From UHGV virus genome UHGV-0094761: 42,420 nucleotides of DNA. The stretch is one strand, 5' to 3'. The DNA is from a virus. Every line of letters starts with the position of its first letter. Positions within the stretch are counted from its first letter, which is position 1. The notes beneath the pieces were generated by a model. The model worked only from the letters and a program-made list of their open reading frames with translations. It searched no databases and was not told the origin of the DNA. Positions 1 to 9,129 of the stretch are shown piece by piece. Made by a program: the position numbers and the translations under genes.

Positions 1-49
1 TACAGCGTGGTATTGCCCTCCACGCAGTTAACATGACGGGCGTTAGGGG

Positions 50-1363
50 TTAACTTACTGATTTTAATAATCCTCCCGTACTGCTCTCGTGGCTATGGGG
101 CATCAATGGGGCAAAATCTGCCAGCTTCTGATTGAGCATTGCGATCTGCTCTGCGCTGCTGTCAGCCATCCATGCACCGTAAACATTGAACACCATCTGC
201 GCGCTCGCATGCCCCATCTGACTGGCAATAAAACTCGGGTTTGCACCAGCAGATAATGACCAGCACGCATAGGTATGTCGTGACTGGTACGCCTTTCTGT
301 GTCTGATCCCTGCGCGCTTTAGTGCCGCTTCCCAGGAGTCGCCTACTGAATCGACCCGGTAGATAAATCCGACCTGCTTACTGCGTCTGACCACATGCGG
401 GTTAAAGACGAATGTACACTCATGGTTCACCGAACGGCCATACTCACGTAACTGAACTTCAATGTGATGTTGCCTGCCCAGCCTTGTCATTTCAGCCTGA
501 TTTTTCAGGATACTGATTGCGGGCTGGATAAGATGCACCACTCGATCTGTGCTTGCCTCGGTTTTCGGTAGAGTGAACTCACCAAGTTTCGTATAATTAC
601 GCCTGACGGTAATTGTTCCCGCCTTCAGATCGATATCTTCCCAGGCCAGGGAGACCAGTTCCCCGTGACGCATTCCTGTGTACACTGCTAATGACCACAG
701 GTTTTTAGTCTGCTGATGCCGGCATGCATCTATCAGGCGAATAAATTCATCACGAGAAAGAGGATCTGGTTCTGCCCTGGCTTTTTTCAGAGGCTTAATT
801 CCCTCGAATGGGTTCACTTCTAAGTAACCGTGATCCGCAGCAAACTGAAACATTCCGGCCATTGTCGTCATGTAATAGTTCACAGTAACAACGCTTCGCC
901 CTTTTGCCGGGGATTTGTTTTTCGTCGGATTCTGGTAACCAGTTAGCAAATCTTTCCTGAGATACAGCAATTCCTCTTTGGTTACTGCTGAGACCAGGCG
1001 ATTACCTCCGATCCTCGGCACCATATTCCTTGCGACGGACTCATAGCGATTGAATGCGTTCGCGCAGATTTCCATCCGTTTCAGATCCAGCCACTTTTCT
1101 TCAAGTTCTTTTACTGTAATGTCTTTTTTACTTACACCAAAAGCCTTGAGGTTAGGGGAGTCAGGAAACTGGGTTGCATAATCAAAGGTTCCTGTGCGGA
1201 TGGCAAAACATACTGATGTCCGCAGTTCCCCGGCTATCTTCCTGTTCTTAGCGGTGTCAGGGACACCGAGACTTTCCCTGACACGCTTACCTTTAAAATT
1301 AAACCAGATGCGTAATGTGCCGCCGTGGTTTTCGACGCCTGTTGGATATGTGACTTTATCCAT
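50..1363 (-). CDS. int: Tyrosine-type site-specific integrase (phage integrase)
   Basis: 437-aa ORF; C-terminal catalytic region with the R..HxxR..Y pattern (RHTYACW...MGHAS...VYGAW); GGAGG RBS 8 nt upstream of ATG at 1363; sits at the prophage end next to xis. Confidence 0.9.
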   Translation of the reverse strand: MDKVTYPTGVENHGGTLRIWFNFKGKRVRESLGVPDTAKNRKIAGELRTSVCFAIRTGTFDYATQFPDSPNLKAFGVSKKDITVKELEEKWLDLKRMEICANAFNRYESVARNMVPRIGGNRLVSAVTKEELLYLRKDLLTGYQNPTKNKSPAKGRSVVTVNYYMTTMAGMFQFAADHGYLEVNPFEGIKPLKKARAEPDPLSRDEFIRLIDACRHQQTKNLWSLAVYTGMRHGELVSLAWEDIDLKAGTITVRRNYTKLGEFTLPKTEASTDRVVHLIQPAISILKNQAEMTRLGRQHHIEVQLREYGRSVNHECTFVFNPHVVRRSKQVGFIYRVDSVGDSWEAALKRAGIRHRKAYQSRHTYACWSLSAGANPSFIASQMGHASAQMVFNVYGAWMADSSAEQIAMLNQKLADFAPLMPHSHESSTGGLLKSVS

Positions 1364-1421
1364 TGGTGTTACCTCCAGACGCCCAAGAGCGATACGAGCT
1401 TACCTTTTTCATGGCATCAAA

Positions 1422-1658
1422 TCACCCTGGCTGCTTGCTTTTCATTGAAGCGACCCAGGCATCTACAGCCTTTCTGTTATACATGCACTCACTGGAAGGT
1501 TTAGGATTCCCGTCAGGTGATACGTGGATATACTCCCTCCCGACCATCCAGCATTCTTTTCTTGCCCGTAGGATGGTACCGGGCTTGAGCCCGGTAACCG
1601 CGATAAGAACGCTTTCACAAACCCACTCGTTGGGGGCTAACTGGAAAATATTGCTCAT
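1422..1658 (-). CDS. xis: Excisionase-like protein (e14/P22-type Xis-like)
   Basis: 78-aa ORF immediately upstream of int on the same strand; sequence MSNIFQLAPNEWVCESVLIAVTGLKPGTILRARKE matches, from memory, small excisionase-like proteins of enterobacterial prophages. Confidence 0.7.
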   Translation of the reverse strand: MSNIFQLAPNEWVCESVLIAVTGLKPGTILRARKECWMVGREYIHVSPDGNPKPSSECMYNRKAVDAWVASMKSKQPG

Positions 1659-1695
1659 GGTTATTTATCCATTACCCTGGCTGCACCCAGGGAAA

Positions 1696-2277
1696 TTAAA
1701 GCTCGCTGCTGGTGGTCGGAATCAATTTCTGCCAGATCGCGGACACGTATTTTGCCTGATGGCGCGCATCGGCCAGTGCGTTATGTGCCCCCCCATCGAA
1801 TGGCATGTCTCGCTTAGGATCGAAACCCACAACTCTGCCTAATGTGACGATGGTTCTGACGTCGTGATCATTCCAAAATTGCCACGGGCAAACCTGGCCG
1901 GCACGTTCATATGCTCCGCGCAATATAACGTTGTCGAAAGTAGCTCCATTGCCCCAAACTTTTAAATATTTAGGGTTATCAGAATGCCGATTAATGAAAT
2001 GGCTCAGTTCAGATAGGGCAGATGATATTGGCAGAGCATCTTCAACACAGATTGCTGATCGTGCTTCTGGGCTTTGTCTTAACCACCACAGAATAGTGTC
2101 ACCATCCGGCACAGCTCCCTGTTCCATAGCACTTTCAAGGTTAACGGCGGTGTAAAACTCCTGACCCAGTTCACCGCTTTGCGGATCGAAGATCACGGCA
2201 CCAATGGAGACGATAGGGGCATTTGGTTTTTTGCCCATGGATTCAAGGTCGATCATTAAATTGTTCACGTTATACAT
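1696..2277 (-). CDS. DEDDh-type 3'-5' exonuclease (DnaQ-like)
   Basis: Exo I motif D-L-E (MIDLESMG) and Exo III motif H-x4-D (GGAHNALADARH). Start chosen at the ATG at 2277, which overlaps the stop of the upstream gene; the ORF track extends to 2409. Confidence 0.7.
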   Translation of the reverse strand: MYNVNNLMIDLESMGKKPNAPIVSIGAVIFDPQSGELGQEFYTAVNLESAMEQGAVPDGDTILWWLRQSPEARSAICVEDALPISSALSELSHFINRHSDNPKYLKVWGNGATFDNVILRGAYERAGQVCPWQFWNDHDVRTIVTLGRVVGFDPKRDMPFDGGAHNALADARHQAKYVSAIWQKLIPTTSSEL

Positions 2278-3073
2278 TCTCCTGCTGCGGTGCTGCTGCG
2301 AAATGCTCGACACCTTTATCCCAAATAGCTTTGATGGTCGTCCAGGTGACAGGAACGGTAATTTCAAGCCTTCCGCTACCGTCACATGTTTCGCACTCAT
2401 CATCACCAAAACACTCCGGGAAGTTTATAGACTTCGTTTCTGAAAACTCACCGGATAGCACGCCCTTAGCGCCGTTCTCAGCGGTTAGCTTCTTCGGCAC
2501 TAGTACGTAACCATCCGGAATCACCGAAGAGTTGCCAGCCTGTAGCATGGCGACGCGGCTATCATGTCCCAGCATCGCTTTAAACTCTGCTATCCCTGCA
2601 TCGTGCTCTGCTCGCTGTTCCGGAGTCATAGCTTCCAGTTCGGCGTAGTAGTCAGCGCGACGGCGCAATGCGTCCAGCATGCACTGAGTGCGAACGCCCT
2701 TACCGAATTTAAGACCAGGCTCCAGATGTACAGGGCACGGCAACGTTTCCGGCACTACCTGCGCTGGCTGAGGGGCGGCGTAGAGTGGAGTCTCTGTGAT
2801 TTCGTACTCATTGATGTCTTCCTGAGACCAGTTGCCAAATCTGGTATCCAGGCTAAAACGCGCATCAGCGTGAAGCTTATCTTTGTACATGTACGCTACA
2901 GGCTCTGCGCCAATCGCTGCAATAGCCCCAGCAATCACCTTCACAGCATCAGACATTGCGTAGCCGAGATTACCGCCGTCGCTTTGTGCTGCTGCTTTGC
3001 TGAGTATTTCTCTTATCTGGTGCAGGCGATCGAGTGATACAGGACCGTGCGCCGGGTGGTTGTTAGTTGTCAT
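2270..3073 (-). CDS. Hypothetical phage early protein (267 aa, Cys-rich C-terminus CETCDGSG)
   Basis: Long ORF with protein-like composition; start ATG overlaps the HNH gene stop (ATGA); part of a coupled leftward operon. Confidence 0.6.
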   Translation of the reverse strand: MTTNNHPAHGPVSLDRLHQIREILSKAAAQSDGGNLGYAMSDAVKVIAGAIAAIGAEPVAYMYKDKLHADARFSLDTRFGNWSQEDINEYEITETPLYAAPQPAQVVPETLPCPVHLEPGLKFGKGVRTQCMLDALRRRADYYAELEAMTPEQRAEHDAGIAEFKAMLGHDSRVAMLQAGNSSVIPDGYVLVPKKLTAENGAKGVLSGEFSETKSINFPECFGDDECETCDGSGRLEITVPVTWTTIKAIWDKGVEHFAAAPQQENV

Positions 3074-3492
3074 GCCGTAGCCCCTTCTTGATATTTTTCG
3101 AACCAGAACACAACCGGCTTTTCGACTACTTCAACCAGGCCAAATCGTTCAGCGGTGCGGAAGTTGACACTGCTCTTGCGCCCGCGCTCAACCTGTAGAG
3201 ATATTTGTTTTCTGAACATCTCCAGCGAGTAAGAGGTTTTGAACAAGTTGCAGGGAGCGCATGCCGGAAACTGATTTTCCAGGGTATCAGCGTAGATATT
3301 CCGCACCTCTCCAGTAGCTTTGAGCTTGAAAATGCCTTTTTCAGCGGCCTTCATATCCTGCTCAGATATTCTCGCCACTGGCTGCACATGGTCAGCATGC
3401 CAGCCTTTCTCTGGTAGTTCACAGCCACAATAAGCACAGCGACCGCCGAACTTCATGCGCAACTCTGCACGTTGTTTTTTCGTCAGCGCCAT
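3070..3492 (-). CDS. HNH endonuclease
   Basis: 140 aa; CAYCGC...HADHVQP...CAPCN zinc-finger/HNH pattern; AAGGGGGAG RBS upstream of ATG at 3492. Confidence 0.8.
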   Translation of the reverse strand: MALTKKQRAELRMKFGGRCAYCGCELPEKGWHADHVQPVARISEQDMKAAEKGIFKLKATGEVRNIYADTLENQFPACAPCNLFKTSYSLEMFRKQISLQVERGRKSSVNFRTAERFGLVEVVEKPVVFWFEKYQEGATA

Positions 3493-3493
3493 C

Positions 3494-3892
3494 TCACTCC
3501 CCCTTCACGCCAATGCCAGCGGCGGCAAGCGCATCACGAAATGCACCAACAACTGCACAGGTGTTAAACATGTCATCGTTGATGCTGCCATCGTCGTTAC
3601 GGTAATCGGCTGGTAATTTAACGGTCACCTTACGCGCCTCCAGTTCTGCTATGCGCTTCTCTGCGGCTTCCAGTGCCTCCACAAGCCTTTCGATTTTTAA
3701 AAATGCTGCATACGCCAAATCAGAAATAGGTCGCTCGAACTGAATTTCTTTGCCATTTTCGTTTTCAATAATTGATTCGAAAATAGCCCCTGCAACAGGG
3801 GACTCTTGTAGTTCGCGTAGTTGTTTTGCCGTTTCCAGCGCATTGACTATCAGCATGTCGGTACGCAGCGCCTGTTTGTTGAGTGCTGTCAT
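3494..3892 (-). CDS. Hypothetical protein (coiled-coil)
   Basis: Start placed at the internal ATG at 3892 (MTALNKQ...), which overlaps the upstream stop as ATGA; the ORF track's longer start at 3967 would overlap the upstream gene. Confidence 0.5.
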   Translation of the reverse strand: MTALNKQALRTDMLIVNALETAKQLRELQESPVAGAIFESIIENENGKEIQFERPISDLAYAAFLKIERLVEALEAAEKRIAELEARKVTVKLPADYRNDDGSINDDMFNTCAVVGAFRDALAAAGIGVKGE

Positions 3893-4383
3893 TGGGCTTC
3901 CTCCAGTTTCGATTTGCGCAGTGCTTCTTTGTAACTTGCCTTTGCCGCTTTCTTTGTCGGCATCCAATCACCGCGAACGTCATAATACGAATCCCAATAC
4001 GCCCGCGAACGGCGGACCATGCGGTATTCCCATTTGTACCGGCCAACTTCACGGTCCTCGTAAACCGGCAACTCAATCCCCAGCCACTCCCCAAACGATT
4101 CGCAGACTTCTGAGTGAAGATAATCATCGTAACGAGTACGTTTCTTCGGCTCTGGAAGTGCAGAAATTGCCGCTTCCTCGCCTTTTTCTGTGACGTGGTA
4201 AAGCGTTCCACCACCCACAAAATCAGGCGCGGGACGGGAGGTAGCGAAACCATCAGATACCAGTTCTTCCCACTTCACGTTATCCGTATGCCCTTCGCCA
4301 GCCAGGAAATAATTACGATATGGAGTGCGGTTTCGCTCACTGATGCCCAGCGCATGCTGCATGAGTTCAATTCCAGTGCTCAT
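3889..4383 (-). CDS. Hypothetical phage protein (164 aa)
   Basis: Protein-like ORF; ATG at 4383 overlaps the stop of the upstream 84-aa gene (ATGA). Confidence 0.6.
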   Translation of the reverse strand: MSTGIELMQHALGISERNRTPYRNYFLAGEGHTDNVKWEELVSDGFATSRPAPDFVGGGTLYHVTEKGEEAAISALPEPKKRTRYDDYLHSEVCESFGEWLGIELPVYEDREVGRYKWEYRMVRRSRAYWDSYYDVRGDWMPTKKAAKASYKEALRKSKLEEAQ

Positions 4384-4634
4384 AGCGCGGTTCCCTGTCT
4401 GGCTTTGTTCAATAGCTGGTTAAACATCATGGTTAGGCTGTTACTACACCCAAACGGCATATCGTTAACACGGTAAGTAGGAATTCCCTTGCGAACACCA
4501 GACTTCACGATCCGGCCGGTGCCATAGAGTTGCGATAATGCGCCAGCGACCGCGGGTGTCTTTTTGTTCATACCTTTGGCGATTTCACCGCTGGTGGTAT
4601 TCGGATGAGCCTGGAGATATTCAAATACGGTCAT
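4380..4634 (-). CDS. Small hypothetical protein (84 aa), possible winged-helix DNA-binding
   Basis: Protein-like ORF in the coupled early-left chain. Confidence 0.5.
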   Translation of the reverse strand: MTVFEYLQAHPNTTSGEIAKGMNKKTPAVAGALSQLYGTGRIVKSGVRKGIPTYRVNDMPFGCSNSLTMMFNQLLNKARQGTAL

Positions 4635-4798
4635 GGCGTTTTACCTTTACGTTCCTGTTCCAGTTGCACCAGAGACTCTTTTAATGCTGCGAACGTAGCC
4701 TCCAGTCTGGTGGCGACTTCGCGCATAAGCGGTGCATGCTTTGGTGGCAATTCAGCAACTGAGGCAAAAGCCTCCGCTACGAGTTCTTTTACCTTCAT
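4631..4798 (-). CDS. Small hypothetical protein (55 aa), absent from the ORF track
   Basis: Manual translation MKVKELVAEAFASVAELPPKHAPLMREVATRLEATFAALKESLVQLEQERKGKTP; start ATG overlaps the HD gene stop (ATGA at 4795-4798) and its stop overlaps the next start (ATGA at 4631-4634). Confidence 0.4.
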   Translation of the reverse strand: MKVKELVAEAFASVAELPPKHAPLMREVATRLEATFAALKESLVQLEQERKGKTP

Positions 4799-5334
4799 GC
4801 GGCGCATTGGCGCAGCTCCACCAGTTCGTTAAAGCGATTCATGAACAGGCCATAGGCTTGACCAGGACGGAGAGGGATAACTTGAACGAGATCAGAGCAG
4901 GGAATACCTTCGAGAATTTCCCACTTCGAACCGTCATCGATTTCCAGATCACGGCGCTCGGTGGCTAACATGGTGAGATCGGCATATTTCACGACAGCAG
5001 CTTGTTCAAGAGAGATACCGAATTTAAAGCGGATAAGACCATCAACATAAGTTTCCATGCGTTGGTAGTCTGGTAACAGGGCTTTGAGCGGGGCAGGAAT
5101 ATCCTGGCAATATGCCTCCGCAGCATCGTGCATTAGCGCTTCAAAGGCGAACTCTGGCGGCACAATCTGGCTTACAAGCACAGAGTGCTGGGCCACGCTG
5201 TAGAACTCTGGCAGATGCCCAGCAAATCGACAGATGTTGGAAAGAGCAGTCGCGATATCCTCAACATCGATATCGTCGATAGTGGCGGTAATGTAGTTAA
5301 ATTTTTTACCGGATAATGTTTGAATGTAGCTCAT
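4795..5334 (-). CDS. HD-domain phosphohydrolase (YfbR/YfdR-like 5'-deoxynucleotidase family)
   Basis: H..HD metal-binding pattern (AQHSVLVSQ...MHDAAEAY); start at the second in-frame ATG (5334), which has a GGAG RBS. Confidence 0.75.
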   Translation of the reverse strand: MSYIQTLSGKKFNYITATIDDIDVEDIATALSNICRFAGHLPEFYSVAQHSVLVSQIVPPEFAFEALMHDAAEAYCQDIPAPLKALLPDYQRMETYVDGLIRFKFGISLEQAAVVKYADLTMLATERRDLEIDDGSKWEILEGIPCSDLVQVIPLRPGQAYGLFMNRFNELVELRQCAA

Positions 5335-5427
5335 GGTTTTCTCCATATTGGCGCGCTGCACCGCGCAGATTTTGGTTGCACGAATCCCTCGCCGGTTGGC
5401 GATAATTAATGGAATTACGCTTCAATA

Positions 5428-5450
5428 AATCCCCGCGGCGCTGGGGATTT
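5428..5450 (-). promoter_or_regulatory. Intergenic hairpin between the YfdQ-like and HD genes
   Basis: 8-bp perfect stem AAATCCCC / GGGGATTT with an 8-nt loop; no strong U-tract, so it may be a processing or attenuation element rather than a terminator. Confidence 0.3.
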
Positions 5451-5462
5451 AATGCAGAGCAA

Positions 5463-6290
5463 TTAGGCTTTAAAGTTACCGATGAAAGTTTCCACTGATT
5501 CACCTTCGAACTTGCTGATCAGCAAATCGCGGAATTCGTTGGCGATCGCTTCTTCCTGGGCTTCAAGTTGGACAATGCGCAGAACAAAGCAGGGTTCATC
5601 GCTGGTCAGCAGGCTGTTACGCATGCTAAAGCGGCGTTCACCCAGACCTTCATACGGCACACATTTGAACTCGAACGCCACAGGCATTACGTCTTTGCTG
5701 CTTGCTTCAACGCTTTGCATCAGCGATTTTGTACCAGCGAAATCACCAGTTTCATGGTCCTGCTGGGTTGCTTGCTGAATAGTGATACGACGCACAGCCT
5801 GAGCCGCCTGGGAAATCTGCATCGTATTGCCATCAGCATCAAACGCCAGAAGGTAATCGCTCCAGTCTTCCAGCCATTCGGCGATTTGCTTTTGCTTCAG
5901 GCGTTGACCATCGATCTGCAGTAGCGCGCGGAACGGGGCGGTTTTCTTCAGGGTGATTGAAGCAACGTTATCGGCGTGACCGGGATTATCCAGGGTGCCG
6001 ATGTTGAACACTGAACGGGCGGTCATGTTGTCAGCGTCAATAAAGCAACGAGCTGGCTCACTGTCGCTGGCGTAACCTTTAGAATAACGTGCGAAGTCGT
6101 CAATACTGGTTGTGGTCATTGCGCCACGAAAGCGGAAACGCTCCAGAGAAAAGCGCTCGAGGCTTTCAATGCCAGTACCCTCTGGCAGTAATGCGGTCGG
6201 GCAAGCCAGGCCATGAATATCATTCAGGTGATAACCTGAAAGAACCAGGTCTTTGACCTGCTTGAAGGTACCGCTGTCTAACTGAGACAT
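5463..6290 (-). CDS. YfdQ-like protein (DUF2303-like, CPS-53-type prophage early protein)
   Basis: 275-aa ORF with AAGGAA RBS; family assignment is from memory of the CPS-53 yfdP-yfdQ-yfdR gene order, which matches the YfdP-like / this gene / HD-protein order here. Confidence 0.6.
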   Translation of the reverse strand: MSQLDSGTFKQVKDLVLSGYHLNDIHGLACPTALLPEGTGIESLERFSLERFRFRGAMTTTSIDDFARYSKGYASDSEPARCFIDADNMTARSVFNIGTLDNPGHADNVASITLKKTAPFRALLQIDGQRLKQKQIAEWLEDWSDYLLAFDADGNTMQISQAAQAVRRITIQQATQQDHETGDFAGTKSLMQSVEASSKDVMPVAFEFKCVPYEGLGERRFSMRNSLLTSDEPCFVLRIVQLEAQEEAIANEFRDLLISKFEGESVETFIGNFKA

Positions 6291-6346
6291 AAAAATTCCT
6301 TATTAACTGATGATCAAAGTGGTATCAGTGAGTTTGTTGTTGCGGA

Positions 6347-6718
6347 TCACTGAGCCGCTTTAAGCTTTCCATCCACCGCGCCAGTGATCCCGAACAGCTG
6401 ACCCTGATCTTCCTGCAGGATGGTTAGCTTCCCGCCTTTGTTGACCCACATCGGGGTTTCGGTTGTGTCCTCTTCTGAGGCTTTACCACGCGGTGTTGGG
6501 GTGCTGTAGTTCAGCTTGTGCTTGATCTTGACGCGCTTCTCTTCAACGGAATTACCCATGCGCTCAAAATCAAATGTGAGGACTACTTTGCCTTTGTTGC
6601 CGTTGTTCAGAACGCCAAGCGCGGTGGTATTAAGTGCTGCCGCGATTTTGTTCATGAACACGCCAGCATCCAGTTCGCCAAGAAAATCTGGCACTACGGT
6701 CATGCGGTCATTACTCAT
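6347..6718 (-). CDS. Hypothetical protein (YfdP-like position), about 123 aa
   Basis: Start placed at the internal ATG at 6718 (MSNDRMTVVP...) with a GAGGG RBS; the N-terminal 61 residues of the track ORF are not protein-like. Confidence 0.5.
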   Translation of the reverse strand: MSNDRMTVVPDFLGELDAGVFMNKIAAALNTTALGVLNNGNKGKVVLTFDFERMGNSVEEKRVKIKHKLNYSTPTPRGKASEEDTTETPMWVNKGGKLTILQEDQGQLFGITGAVDGKLKAAQ

Positions 6719-7767
6719 GGTTTTACCCTCGTTAAGGCGGCTGCCACCGCCGAACTTTCTCCATACACAACAGAGAAGGGCACCTGCATTTGTCGGCGAC
6801 TGCAATCGCCATCCTCTTGCCCGGGTGGATTGGGTTATGAGCCCGTCGCCCGGTGATGCCCTTTTCTGTTGCGTAAAAAGGGCGGTACCGAGATAGAACA
6901 TTATCTTCGTCCCCCTTGCATAAGGTTGAAGACCCTGGTACCGCCAAGACTACACACAGCAATACTGGAACTACGGTTATCACGGTCCTAAGCGTGATTT
7001 GGTTGTGGTTGCTGGTGCTGAACTCCAGCTCAGTGGCGCGGTGTTTCAATATCGTAACCGCCCGTTCCATCCGCGTTCGATCAGTCCGTATGTTCGCTTA
7101 GAACGTTTCGCCTGCTTATCTTTTCTCAACCGTTTGACGGTCAGCCCCGCCATTTACCACAACGAAGAGAGCACTGCCGGTGTTCGAATCGAACGAACCT
7201 TTTCCCTGCCCAACCCTCCCAACTGAATGGGACTGTCTGGAATCGAACCAGCACTTATGCCTTGCTCGTCAATGCTCTCGTCGTTGCGCCCTGAAAAAGG
7301 CTGGCGGTTACCGGACAAGTGGGAAAACACCGGGCCGCCAGAACAGGGAGTTACTTGTTATTGCTTTAGCCTGCTTTTAACCACATCAGGCGCGGTGGTA
7401 GGTATCTTCGGGCGGGGCGCTGGCGACCAACCAGCTACAACCCCTACGGTATTTACACTCCACGCCGTGGGTTAACGGCTCCGTATCGTGGCTGAGTTTC
7501 TGTTGCTGGTGGTCAAGCCAGCTTCGCAACCCCTCCCGAAGACACCTGTCAACGAATCATCCGGTTATTCATATGCCACCGGCGGCTACTTCGTGGGCGT
7601 CCTGCCTGTTCGCTGTTGATGAATTAAATATACCTGTGAGTAATTTTTGTGTAAATACCTATTGGTATATTTTTATTTACCTTAATGGCAACTACTTGCT
7701 TTTAATTGGATTTTATTTAAGTAGGTGATGCGTGTTATGCTCAAAAAAACACCAGAAAGGGCTTGGT

Positions 7768-7974
7768 ATGGAACGTGACGAACTGGAAGAAGACCGTGCG
7801 GCATTCATAGCTGGCGAGATTGGCGGCGCAGTTGTCGAATTGATAATCGGCGGAGTAGTGATTGACCGTGATGCGATCGTCGATTGTTTGGAAAGAAAAC
7901 GACGTGCGGTGGGCAACGTGATCCACAAAGGTGTTCTGCGAGACGCCGCTGCTATGGTGAGAAAAGGGCAGTAA
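7768..7974 (+). CDS. Small hypothetical protein (68 aa) convergent with cI
   Basis: ATG at 7768 with AAAGGG RBS; MERDELEEDRAAFIAGEIGG...; ends at the hairpin shared with cI. Confidence 0.4.
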   Translation: MERDELEEDRAAFIAGEIGGAVVELIIGGVVIDRDAIVDCLERKRRAVGNVIHKGVLRDAAAMVRKGQ

Positions 7975-7997
7975 AAACCCGGCTCAGTGGCCGGGTT
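7973..7997 (-). terminator. Rho-independent terminator downstream of cI
   Basis: Stem CCCGGC / GCCGGG (7978-7983 / 7990-7995) with a 6-nt loop, followed on the minus strand by a 5-U run (7973-7977). Confidence 0.6.
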
Positions 7998-8048
7998 AGA
8001 TGTTATTTCATTAAGAGTTAGGTCTGTTCAACTATCCAAAAATAGCAG

Positions 8049-8759
8049 TTACAGTTTATTGTAAGCTATTGATTCATGGAGCAGAGCTTTACCCATGATA
8101 TACAGTTGATCCTGATTTTCTTCAGTTATATACCAGTCTTTGTACACTGGATTATCGGACAGGACTGCAAGCTGCAAGCCCTGCATTTGTAATCGCTTCA
8201 CGTGGAAGTGTTGTCCGAAAACGAACGCATAAACACCGTCCACCTTGAAATTTCTTATCGAAATATCGAAAAACAACCTGTCACCAGACTGGATGGTTGG
8301 GCACATGCTGTCGCCATCTACAGTCATTACTTTAACATCATCCTGAGAACGATTCCCGAAGAGTGAACGAGCGTGCTCAGTAGTGAACTCAATAGCGTGT
8401 AGAACCTCAACAAACTCAGAAATCATGAAAGACCCTGGACCTGCGCTCACAGTAAGATCGAGAACTTCTACACGATAAGTGTCGATATTGCGGGCGGGTA
8501 CATCAATATCCATATTTGAGGTTGGGCCAAGACCATCCAACCATCCTCTGCTGATTTTCAAAGCATCTTCGATCTGCCGAGCCGCTTGCTCACCAATATT
8601 CCGCTTATTAGGTTTACCAACAGGGTAAAGCATCCGAGAGACAACAGTCGGATCAAGCCCTGCATTTTCAGCAAACTCTTTCTGGGTTTTATAGCGAGTT
8701 ACCAACTCCTGAAGTTTGAGGCGTCGTAACTCGAAGATGTCAGGCGATTCAGTTTTCAT
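8049..8759 (-). CDS. cI: CI-like repressor (HTH_XRE N-terminal domain plus LexA/S24-like autocleavage domain)
   Basis: 236 aa; N-terminal HTH (KTQKEFAENAGLDPTVVSRM), C-terminal S24 peptidase-like region (VDGDSM...K in FHVKRL); divergent from cro across an operator region. Confidence 0.85.
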   Translation of the reverse strand: MKTESPDIFELRRLKLQELVTRYKTQKEFAENAGLDPTVVSRMLYPVGKPNKRNIGEQAARQIEDALKISRGWLDGLGPTSNMDIDVPARNIDTYRVEVLDLTVSAGPGSFMISEFVEVLHAIEFTTEHARSLFGNRSQDDVKVMTVDGDSMCPTIQSGDRLFFDISIRNFKVDGVYAFVFGQHFHVKRLQMQGLQLAVLSDNPVYKDWYITEENQDQLYIMGKALLHESIAYNKL

Positions 8760-8858
8760 AATTCCATCTTACTTAAATTTACTTCAAGGTAAATGACCTG
8801 TGAGTATTGACATGTATTTACTTAAAGATATATTTAATTTCCAAACATAGGAGGCGTG
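8760..8858. promoter_or_regulatory. Immunity-region operator and divergent promoter region (OR/PR/PRM-like)
   Basis: Rightward promoter TTGACA (8807-8812), 16-17 nt spacer, TATATT (about 8829-8834); 18-bp palindrome ATTTAC-TTCAAG-GTAAAT (8777-8794) and repeated TTACTTAAA / ATTTAC half-sites. Confidence 0.6.
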
Positions 8859-9101
8859 ATGGAAACGTTAAGAAATTACCTAAACGCTTTGTCGCTCGAA
8901 AAACAGAGAGAATTTGCAGCACGATGCGAAACCTCTCTTGAGTACCTGCGTAAAGCCATTAGCAAAAAGCAAAAGTTGGGAGCTGCTCTATCTGTTTCTA
9001 TCGAAACACAATCTGGCGGCTCAGTTAGTAGAAAAAATCTTCACCCGGATGATTGGGAAAAGATTTGGCCTGAACTGGAGCATAAAAAAACAGCGGCATG
9101 A
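8859..9101 (+). CDS. cro: Cro-like HTH regulator (YdaS/Cro family)
   Basis: ATG at 8859 is 4 nt after a TAGGAGG RBS; small HTH protein divergent from cI. Confidence 0.7.
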   Translation: METLRNYLNALSLEKQREFAARCETSLEYLRKAISKKQKLGAALSVSIETQSGGSVSRKNLHPDDWEKIWPELEHKKTAA

Positions 9102-9129
9102 AAGTAACCACAGAATTAAGGGGTTAACC

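Noticed and set aside
1-49. attL core or tRNA-derived attachment site at the left window edge
   Set aside because: Only 49 bp precede the int stop and no repeat partner (attR) is inside the window, so the att site cannot be defined from this sequence.
1363-1842. 159-aa plus-strand ORF overlapping xis and the int-xis junction
   Set aside because: It is antisense to the well-supported excisionase gene, has no RBS and poor protein-like composition; judged a shadow ORF.
6732-7070. 112-aa minus-strand ORF upstream of the YfdP-like gene
   Set aside because: No convincing RBS and odd composition; kept as part of the unexplained non-coding region rather than called as a gene.
7230-7310. Possible tRNA gene, suggested by the minus-strand GGTTCGATTCC T-arm-like motif
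   Set aside because: I could not find a complementary acceptor stem or an anticodon arm by eye; at most a tRNA fragment or chance match. It needs tRNAscan-SE or ARAGORN.
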